From Octopus sinensis (taxonomy: Eukaryota), in contig NC_043003.1 in NCBI RefSeq assembly GCF_006345805.1, forward strand, positions 39,246,001-39,310,000: a stretch of 64,000 nucleotides of DNA, written 5' to 3'. Shown here in pieces: positions 54,245 through 64,000 of the stretch. A program made the translations under genes and the position numbers. Below the pieces are notes generated by a model that did not search any database, was not told the origin of the DNA, and saw only the letters and a program-made list of their open reading frames with translations. Each line of letters begins with the position of its first letter. Within the stretch, counting starts at the first letter, position 1.

Positions 54245-54308
<64 letters not shown>

Positions 54309-55365
54309 GGAGCAAATAATTGAGGGGAAAATATTTGTAAAGATATCATTGACTCTATTATTATCTAGTGTAAAAGTTTAGAAATGATAATACAGAATCA
54401 ATAATATAGGCCACTGCAGGCCCCAAAAAAGCTTTAAATAACTGAAAGATTAAAATTAATCAAAGGGCCTGCTAAGTATGCCTACCTGCAGTTAAAACTC
54501 TTATTTAAATCACCGGTCTGCTATGCGAAGGGGTCCCAATGCAGGCAGACATACTTAGTATGTCCTTTGATTCCTTTTAATCTTTCAGCTATATATATAT
54601 ATATATATATATATAAACAATAATAAATTTCTGAAAGAGGTATAAACAGTAGCTGCACGACAAGGTGAAGTATATTTGCCACTTAAATGTGGCTAACTAC
54701 TAAGGGTGGATGCTACTATAGCTTCTAGCCCCACGAGAACGTCTCCAGCTGGCTATTGACACACTTTCTGTGACCTATCAGTATTTGCCAAGGGAAGTCA
54801 TCATTCCCATCGTCGACCTGACGTGATACGCACGGACCCGAGTTTCTGGGTATTTACCCGTCGTCAGCGCACGACAATCACCGGTCTTCGATGCGAAGGG
54901 GTCCCAATGCAAAATATATATATCGTTTTTCCAGTGACGAAAAGTCACTGATCTCGAAAAAGTGTAAACAAGCAATAATAAATCTCTGAACGAGGTATAA
55001 ACAGTAGCTGCAGGACAATGTGAAGTATATTTGCCACTTTTTCGAGATCAGTGACTTTTCGTCACTGGAAAAAGGATATATGTATTTGCATTGGGACCCC
55101 TTCGCATCGAAGACCAGTGATTGTCGTGCGCTGACAATTCCTTGTATAGTGCTTTTCAATTTCTTGTATAGTGTATCTTTGCAATATTTCATTCTACACA
55201 AGCCTAACCTTCTTACTTCTAATAATAGCGGCTCTGTGGCATTTTATACAGACCATGCTATGTTGTTTTCTTCTGCTCTAATGCTGTGTTCGCATCCAAT
55301 AAGCCCTCTTCCCCCTCTTTTTCTTGGTACATACAGTCTGTGTCATTTTTTGGGTGGAGTGACCC

Positions 55366-55430
<65 letters not shown>

Positions 55431-55439
55431 CATTATTAC

Positions 55440-55487
<48 letters not shown>

Positions 55488-55497
55488 CATCATTAGC

Positions 55498-55529
<32 letters not shown>

Positions 55530-55544
55530 AGAATTCAAATTTTG

Positions 55545-55875
55545 GCCTGGTACTTATTCTATCGGTCTCTTTGACAGAACCGCAAACGTTGGGGGTACGT
55601 AAGTACGCCGACATCGGTTGTTAAGCGGTTGTGGAGGACTAACACAGACACAAAGACACATGCACACACACTGACGCAGATACACACACACACACACACA
55701 CACATTCACACATATATATGTATTTACACAACAGGCTTCTTTCAATTTTCGTCTATCAAATTCACTCACAAGGCTTTGGTCGGCGCAAGGCTATAATGGT
55801 AGAATACACTTGTCCAAGGTGCCACGCTGTGAAACGAAACCCAGAACCATGCGGTTGGGAAGTAAACTCCTTACA
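55545..55875 (-). mobile_element. SINE family A copy
   Basis: gtacttattctatcggtctc...cactcacaaggctttggtcgg...aaggtgccacgc. Confidence 0.87.
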
Positions 55876-56323
55876 AGGCTGATAGATTAGATTATTGCTT
55901 ATATTTACATACATTCGTATTTATATATTCTTGCTTATGCGTGTTTTCAGAAAAACAGACAGCGAATATGTGAAAATTTATCTCATTTTAGTGTTAAGGA
56001 ATTTTGGAATTAAAACAAGAAATATTTCTTGCTGAAATGGTGGATGATTAATTTCCCGGTTTTGTTGACTCATTAACATCTGTAATTCACACGACTCCAT
56101 GTTGTGCACAAACAGAATGTAATAATGTGAAGAAATTCTGGCAAAACATTGACTGAAATGTAAGTTTGACAATATACAAAGACGATAGCAATAGTAACAT
56201 CATACTGGGTTGGAATGAATAGAGTCAAAGGAAAAATTTTTCATCAGTATACATCATTTCCGTATATTGTGTTATTTTACACTGGGGTAATACATACATA
56301 CATGCAAATAGACAGACAGACAG

Positions 56324-56358
<35 letters not shown>

Positions 56359-56594
56359 CACACACACACACACAATTACACACACATATATATATGCGTA
56401 TATGTATATGCATTTTTTGTTTGAGATTTGTTTAAGTAGTTCATCATCAAGGACTTCAGGCATGTATACATACATGTTAAATATGTATGCATCGAATAAA
56501 TAAATATATATAGGGAGAATTCACAAAAAATTCAATGTATACATATTTAAACATGTATACATACATACATACATATACATACATATACGTGAAG

Positions 56595-56925
56595 GCGCAT
56601 GGCTCAGTGGTTAGAGCGTCGAGCTTACGATCGTGAGGTTGTGAGCTCGAATCCCGGACCGGGCTGCGTGTTGTGTTCTTGAGCAAGGCACTTTATTTCA
56701 CGTTGTTCCAGTTCACTCAGCTGTAGAAATGAGTTGCGACGTCACTGGTGCCAAGCTGTATCGACCTTTGTCTTTCCCTTGGATAACACTGGTGGCGTGG
56801 AGAGGGGAGGCTGGTATGCATGGGCGACTGCTGGTCTTCCAGAAAACAACCTTGCCCGGACTTGTGTCTAGGAAGGTAACTTTCTAGGTGCAATCATTCA
56901 TGACCGAAGGGGGTCTTTACCCTTA
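56595..56925 (+). mobile_element. Full-length tRNA-derived SINE family C
   Basis: A-box tggctcagtgg and B-box-like gctcgaatcc head, central body, 3' ...gaagggggtctttaccct. Confidence 0.9.
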
Positions 56926-57850
56926 TACATATATATATATATATGATAACTGTATATAATATATATCATAATGATATATATTACTGCTATCCGCAGGTGC
57001 CTCGGGGAAAAATAAGTTGACAAAAACACAACCATGATCGTGACCAATGTCCTGAAATTGGAGCGACATGCGTGTTAATTTGTGGACGTGCGTAAATTAC
57101 ATTTACGTACACACACACACAGCCTACCTTATATAGATATACAGATTAATTTAATCTAATTTTAATAAAGTCATTTTATTAAATTTTTATCCTCATTTTT
57201 CACTATTTAAAAAAATTCTTTAAATATATTCATTTATAATTTTGTCTCTATACACTACCGAAATTACAGTGCATACATATGTCCAGAAAAGGCAAATCTG
57301 CAATGATTATTATTCATTTTTAATTTAATTTCTAAATGAAAAATTTGTTAAATGAAAAAATCAAAATTTTGTTTGAATTTTCAAGGAAATATTTTAATTC
57401 AAAATGACTGCAAAAAATGATAATTTTATATATTTTTAACTAAAATTTTACTATTACTGCAATGCCTGTAAAACCACTGGACTAGCCAATGAAAAATGCG
57501 GACGCATACTAACAGTATGGCTTAACAATTAAACCTGGAAAAGTAGAGGACAAGAAAAACTCATTAAAATTAGAGCTTAAAATATTGCTGCTAAAATTAA
57601 AATTAAAATTTTTTTTATTTAATTCCTTTAGTACAAAAATAAAATAAAAAAGGAAAAGTGATATTAACTGAATTTTTAAATAATATGAAAAAGTACCTCT
57701 AAGGTACCTCTAAGGTACTTTTTAATCATGAGTTTAGCAGGAATATTTTAAGCTCAAATTTTAATGAGTGTTTTCTTGTCCTCTGCTTTTCCAGGTTTGT
57801 TAAGAATAATGTTAATATGCGTCCGCAATTTTCATATACTTATAGATTGT

Positions 57851-57936
<86 letters not shown>

Positions 57937-58482
57937 CATACATACACAATCACATATAGTGTGTGTTGGTATGTGAGTGTGTGTGTGTTCATTTGAGTAG
58001 TTGCATGTTTACAATTATGTATGTAAGCTTCTGTGTATTAAATATAATCGCATCGTGGCTTATACTTAGTTATTCTATACATGTCTATGTAAATTTATAT
58101 ATTTCGTCAGCGAAAGCGACGAAGGAAATGTTCTGGTTTCTTTGTTGGTTTTATATATACATATACATATATACATTTCTTGTACTAATCTACAGTACAT
58201 CTAGATTCCTAATTAAATTTGTAGTTTATCACTCCTCTAGATTTTCTGAAATTCTTTCGCTCATCTACGCCTTACTTTAAATGCGTATCATAAAACCCTC
58301 ACACAGGCACACAACACACACATACATGTTAACACATACACTCTCGAACACACATTCGTACACTCACATATACACCTGCGAGCATTAGTGCGGTCGTCTG
58401 CATCTAGGTAGGTATGTGCCTGTTCCTTTTCCAGTAAGGCTGTGCTTGTGTGTGTATGTGAGTATGTGTGTGTGTATATATA

Positions 58483-58525
<43 letters not shown>

Positions 58526-58844
58526 TTATATAAAGATAAGGGGTGTGGTATTAATTTTTGTTTAAGTAACAGATTTCATTTGTTGTCTTGTTCTAAAATG
58601 AAGCCTTCATCCGATATATATAAGTGATTAATTTCGGTGAGTGAGGATTATGAGCAAACCAAGATAGATGAACGTGAACGTGTGTGTGTATGAGTGTGTG
58701 TATGTGTGTGTGAGTGTGTGTGTGTATGTGTGTGTGAGTGTATGTGTGTATGTGTGTGTGAGTGGGTGTGCTTATTTATACATACGTACCTATGTACGTA
58801 TGCATGTATGTTTGCATGTTTGCATGTATACATAAATCTATATA

Positions 58845-59020
58845 AATACCTGAGAGACTTGCATGGCGTGGATGTGGGTTTCTTTAAAACTAAACTGGAT
58901 CTCTTCTTGTCGGGAGTCCCAGATGAACCTACCTCACGGCAGGAGACACAGATGCGGGCAGCGGCATCGAACTCCCTTGTTGACCAAGTGCCACGTATCA
59001 GAGGTGGATTCACATATTAG
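58845..59020 (+). mobile_element. CR1-like LINE extreme 3' end
   Basis: LRDLHGVDVGFFKTKLDLFLSGVPDEP...RAAASNSLVDQ; same family as 15600-16230. Confidence 0.85.
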
Positions 59021-59622
59021 TGTAGCTCATTCAGCGGTGGTGCTCCAGCATGGCCGCAGCCTTCGGGCTGAAACATTTTAAAGGATTTTATATATATATA
59101 TATATCTGTAAAGGTTAAGTAACCATCTAAGGGATAGTAAATATCCAATATACTACTGAATGGATACCTACGTATTTATATCCACGTGCTTCCTATTGCA
59201 GGGCAATATATCGCAATTGAATACTAGGTACGGGTGGGGGTAAATCAGAAATTTACCCAGGATTTATAAGGCAAATAAGAAAATGGAGAGGATAAACAAT
59301 CGACAATCATCAGCCTGTAAACATTCAATTATATCTATTTATTAATTGATTACAATAATATGTGTAAGTGATTCAAATAAACGAAGGAAATCAGCAAATA
59401 AATAAGTAAATAAATATATAAATAAAAGTAAACGAATAAGAATGAATGAGTGTACAATTCGTTTATTTTTATTTATGTATTTATTTACTTATTTACTTGC
59501 TAATTTCATTCGTTTATTTGAATTACTTACACATATTATTGTAATCAATTAATAAATAGATATAATTGAATGTTTACAGGCTGATGTTTGTCGATTATTT
59601 ATCCTCTCCATTTTCTTATTTG

Positions 59623-59672
<50 letters not shown>

Positions 59673-59697
59673 ATGTATATATATATATACATACATA

Positions 59698-60515
59698 CAG
59701 AGTGCGATGGGTAAATTGTTGGTATTTTATATCTTTGACTTCGCGCATGCGCATTGTTTGTTTTTGATATTGTCGACTACACAGAAAAAAAGGGTCAGTT
59801 GGGCATTGTCTGTGAAAAAAAAAACCTGCACCATGACGCAATTCAGTCTGCCAGAAATTTGCAAACGATATGCGGTACTGTTTGGAATTTGCGTCGGAAG
59901 CTCCAATACGAACATTTCAGAGTGTTTGGGTGTCAATCTGAGGACAGTGAAATCCAGTCAACATCATCGTGTTTTGAGTGATCACTAGTGATGGCGACGT
60001 TATGCCTCCATTCATCTTCCCACATGGCCTCACACTCAACACAGAGGCCTTCATCAAGTGTCTGGAGGAAGTAGTGCTGTCCTAGGTCATTAGGGTGGAT
60101 GCTGGAAGACCCTATATCTGCTAAAAGGACTCTGCACCATGCCACACAAGCAGGAGAACCCAGTCATGACTGTCAGACAATTTCTGCGACCACATTACTC
60201 CTAACATCTGGCCACCTAACTTCTCAGACAGCAACCCGCTTGATTATTACGTATGGGCCGCAGTTGAGCGATAGACCAACAAAACTCCTTGTGATACCGA
60301 AGATGTACTGAAGGCAAGGATTACGACAGCATTCACCAGAAGAGTTACAGGAGATTCCGAAGTGGTCAGGTGGCTGTGGTTGAAACCAATGGCGAATTCA
60401 TTGAATAAATTTACTCTTTAGTATTTCAAAATATTTTTATGTAATCTTAGTAAATATATCTGTTAAAATAAGATGTCAGTATTATTTTTATTTTTGCGTA
60501 ATTTAGACGACAATT
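59698..60515 (+). mobile_element. Tc1/mariner-superfamily (maT/DD37D-like) deleted copy; right TIR interrupted
   Basis: TA|cagagtgcgatgggtaaattg left TIR; DSAPCHTSRRT and WPPNFSDSNPLDYYVW motifs; right end gacgacaatt cut at TA 60516-60517. Confidence 0.85.
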
Positions 60516-60517
60516 TA

Positions 60518-61225
60518 TTGAGTCATTCCATAAATATTGCGGGGTGGGGTAAACTACCTGCATCAACTTGCTACAAAAGCAGGTCGTAATTTTACCTCAT
60601 TCTTAGTGCAAGTTTTGAAGAGTGCAGTTCGACTTTAAGTTTTTTTTTCAAAGCTATAACGGAAGTGACAAAGGAGCATATTCGGCATATTTTGCATTAT
60701 GAATTCAATAAAGGCAACAACGCAACGGAAAATGCGAGGAATATTAATGCAGTATATGGAGATCGAACAATAAGTGTAAGCCAGTGTCAACGGTGGTTCC
60801 AGAAATTCCGAGCCGGAAACTACGGCCTAGAAGACGAGATTCGTCCTGGAAAATCTGTCGAACTTGATGAGGACGTCCTGCAAAACCAAGTGGAACAAAA
60901 TCCCATCGTAACTGTTGAGTAACTAGCAGAGAGACTTGGATTTAGTCATTCAACCATTCATCGGCACCAGCGCCCGAAGAAAAACGACCATGTTTGGTTT
61001 CAAGACGAAGGGGGATCTTCTACCAGGATAATACGCGGTCGCATACAGCGAGGATGATATTCCAAAGGCTGGAGCAGTTTCAATGGGAAACGATGCCCCA
61101 CCCACCATATTCACCGGACATTGCCGCCCCATCTGATTATCATTCATTCACAGTCTCCAAAATCATTTGGACGGAAAATATAAGAATTCTGTAGACGAGG
61201 TCAGAACAGTAGTGGAGGAGTATTC
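60518..61225 (+). mobile_element. Mariner copy inserted at TA, 3' end missing
   Basis: TIR ttgagtcattccataaatattgcgg; MTKEHIRHILHYEFNKG...CQRWFQKFRAG..LEDE.RPG; YQDNTRSHTA...HPPYSPDIA.PSDYH. Confidence 0.92.
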
Positions 61226-61574
61226 CACAAACTACATGTCTCAAGATCACAGTCCTTATCTCTGGGATGATTACAGTGCAGTCCGTAGTATCCGTGTGTA
61301 TCGGGGTGATCATCTTCAGGGATTCATTTCTTCAGGCGATATCACACTAATGGATGTACAACAGAGTCAGCATCATTATAAAGTGGCTGGCAAAATGGAG
61401 TAGGAGCTTTATTTGCATATTCAATACGTTTTTCCCCGTAAACAAATTTACAGGTATATGTGTGTGTGTGTGTAAATTTTATATATACACATTAACGAAT
61501 CGCTAAATCATCCAATTATTTGGATGACGGAAACATAAATACTAATAGCGAGGCGAGTCCGGAAAGAGTTGAAC

Positions 61575-61647
61575 AATCGAGCAGTCTTAACTGATGAGGC
61601 AACAGAAATTGCCGAAACTGACTCGTAAGTATTAAGAATTCTCGATT
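61575..61647 (+). ncRNA. Type I hammerhead ribozyme, canonical
   Basis: aatcgag-cag-tcttaa CUGAUGA GGCAA-cagaaa-UUGCC GAAAC...GU A ttaaga-att-ctcgatt; stem I 6+7 bp around an internal loop, stem II 5 bp, GUA site ending at 61631; stem III is weak. Confidence 0.75.
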
Positions 61648-62272
61648 TGCACTTTTCGGACGATTATGGTCCCTGTTAGAGTATATGTTTACGTTCATCT
61701 GTGTTAACTAGAGCGGTTTAGCTCTTATTTTTTTAGCAATGTAGGTGTTTTCTAACACCCTAGTTACATTTAGTGACATTCGAAATTCTAATTTTTGGTG
61801 AAACATTGCAAACTGCTGTTTATATTAATTACATACACATAAAAAAATCTCTCTAAGAGATGATCGTAGTAGTTGTACAAGCAAGTAACGTTCGTAGCCA
61901 CGTCAACATGGCTGTTCTGTTCGAGCGGAATTTACTGCGATTTTTTAACTCCAAGAGGACAGCTACACCCGATATATTACGAGAAGGGGAATGAACCCCT
62001 ACCACCCTATAACGACGTGACCAACATACCAGTCTGGTTTCGGGCTATTTCTGCTTCTCTTCATAACTGTACACTTCGTCTGCAAGAGAAGGCACCTCTG
62101 CTCGCAATATATGTAAATTCAAGTGACATATGTTGCAAAATCACCGTACAAATTCCTAAGTGGGTACAAAACTGGAGTGAAGAAAATTCATATAGAATTT
62201 AAAAAATGGTTTCTAGTTGAGAATATTTGGGCCTCTATTGGTCATTTCAAGTTTCGTCGACATATATGCGTA

Positions 62273-62480
62273 AGGCGGCGAGCTGACAGAAACGTTAGCA
62301 CGCCGGGCGAAATTCTTGGCGTTATTTCGTCTGTCTTTACGATCTGAGTTCAAATTCCGTCGAGGTCAACTTCGTCTTTCATCCTTTCGGGGTCGATAGA
62401 TTAAGTACCAGTTGTGTACTAGGGTCGATGTAATCGACTGGCCCCCTTCTCCAAAATTTCGGGCTTTGTACCTAGAGTGG
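62273..62480 (+). mobile_element. SINE family B copy (short-tail form)
   Basis: aggcggcgagctgacagaaacgttagcacgccgggcg...caaattccgtcgaggtcaac. Confidence 0.9.
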
Positions 62481-62568
62481 AAGAAAAAAAAGGATATATA
62501 TGCGTGAGTATCTGTATGTACCTCCGTGTGTGTGTATGTGTGTGTGTGTGTGTGTGTGCGCGTGCGTT

Positions 62569-62610
<42 letters not shown>

Positions 62611-62799
62611 ATAAATTCATTTCCGCTTGAGTATGCTGGAAAAACGTACTTATGATATATTTTATGAATTTTACCGTCACCTTGACTTTTCTTTTAGTAT
62701 TGTAACAACTTGTCACTTGTTGGTAAGGCTGACCCGTAGAGCACATATAGAGCTCTCGCAGACAGCTTTACTGTGAAAGTTGGTTTAAAATGATACGTC

Positions 62800-63300
62800 T
62801 TCAGTGATGTTGTGTCGGAAATCAAGCGGAGAGAAATAGGATGGCGAGATATTTTTATCTGAGTAAAGCATGTTATCTGTCGTTAAATTTGTTGGTTATT
62901 CGGTTTACCTTGTATATGAAAGCACATACATAAGGATGTCATCAGTAAATTTGAAGAACAAAGCGCAGGAATAACAGTTCTGGACCATATATGCATCGGC
63001 TTGTCAACCGACAGACTTGAACCCATAGGTCGTCTGGGTATTTGATTATATCTGGATTCTCCAAGATTAATAGTACTGCTCACTTAAATAGTCAGAAGTT
63101 GGTTTGAGGATGTGAGGTAAATTCTCTTTAGGCTAAAGGTAAATCTGTTGTCGTAGGTTAATATTATTCAGACAGCTTATGACATCATTGGATCTGTCGT
63201 AAAGGACGAAAATTTTAGACATAAATCAGGATATTTTCAGTGCAAGAGACAATGTGTTTAATTTTACCCTGTTTTGGAGATTGCGCGTTTAAATGAACTA
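62800..63300 (-). mobile_element. Possible decayed Penelope-like RT fragment
   Basis: Minus strand: GESRYNQI...PMGSSLS...LMTSL resembles the YEQ..G.AMGSPLS...YVDD region; heavily degenerate. Confidence 0.35.
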
Positions 63301-63683
63301 GTAGAAGGCAAGTTGTTTGCTATTTCTAGTGATTAAATGTTATGCGATTTTACTGAAGAATTCTCCATGATTTTAAAACTTCCTTCAAAGGGTACCCTAA
63401 TTTCCTGTCTGGCAAGCGGTATCGTCGGTGACTTTTTAATAAAGAAATTTTGCGTTTGTTTTCACTGAAGCAGTGAACCTACATTATAGTTGCTTTTTAA
63501 AATGTATTAATATTATGTTTGTACACGTGTGTTTATGTGTGTGTAAAAATTAAGTACCGTTAACTTTTGAATTCTTCACATCGCATTCTTCACCTGCACA
63601 ACTTTGCTTGCTTGCGCACATATACACATCCACTCACTCACACACACACACACCACCACACACACACACACACACACACACAC

Positions 63684-63719
<36 letters not shown>

Positions 63720-64000
63720 ACACACACTCATACACACACTGTACATGTTTTGCAATTTAAAAATATGCTCATACATTTTCCATATTTTTATCACTCAAAA
63801 TAGCAGATGCAATAGTTGGCACGCTATAGTCACTATTATGCTGACATCTGCTATTGTTTGTTAACAATGTATTTGCAGGGTAGAGCAATAGTTCTCACAA
63901 CTCATTAGCTTTTATCTAGCACTTAGCAAAGCGAACAAGTCATGTGACTGCTCGTACTGTACTTAACTGTTGCGTAGCACACTCCCGAACCCGCAACGTT

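Larger units (their letters stand above)
53040..54248. repeat. 479-bp tandem unit folded into a large inverted repeat
   Basis: Unit starts gagggcatt at 53040 and again at 53519; inversion at ~53597; the reverse arm 53599-54248 contains gccctc at 53644-53649 and 54108-54113; flanked by (TA)n on both sides. Confidence 0.95.

Noticed and set aside
56595-56670. tRNA gene
   Set aside because: Continues into a SINE body, and no complete acceptor stem was seen.
57660-57730. Hammerhead-like topology inside the fold-back
   Set aside because: Lacks G8/A9 and stem II, and the register of stem III is non-canonical.

Overview
AT-rich, microsatellite-saturated animal genomic DNA. The SINE, Penelope and mariner content suggests an octopus or other coleoid cephalopod, but this is inference and was not checked. 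One real protein-coding gene is visible on the + strand: an IR25a/IR8a-like ionotropic glutamate receptor family member. I could join eight GT-AG exons in consistent phase (25264-25434, 27062-27169, 29498-29599, 32294-32473, 42550-42871, 46303-46870, 47721-47922, 49608-49757), giving 1803 nt or 600 aa plus stop. The signal peptide and roughly the first 250 aa of the amino-terminal domain were not located. The rest of the window is transposon debris: three tRNA-derived SINE families, a 5'-truncated Penelope element, CR1-like and RTE LINE fragments, Tc1/mariner relics, and hAT, Tigger-like and Helitron-like non-autonomous elements. Almost all other ORFs in the supplied track are microsatellite translations. 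The most interesting unannotated signal is a set of type I hammerhead ribozyme motifs. One sits in a 479-bp tandem unit folded into a ~1.2-kb palindrome (53040-54248), which resembles a retrozyme. One intact copy lies in the sense strand of a receptor intron, and one has a compensatory U3-A8 core. The receptor has a CAG (Gln) at the Q/R-equivalent pore site, lacks the conserved S2 disulfide, has a new S1 Cys pair, and has a co-receptor extra loop with no N-glycosylation sequon. No rRNA, bona fide tRNA gene or CRISPR array was seen. Repeat boundaries are approximate unless TIRs or TSDs are quoted.
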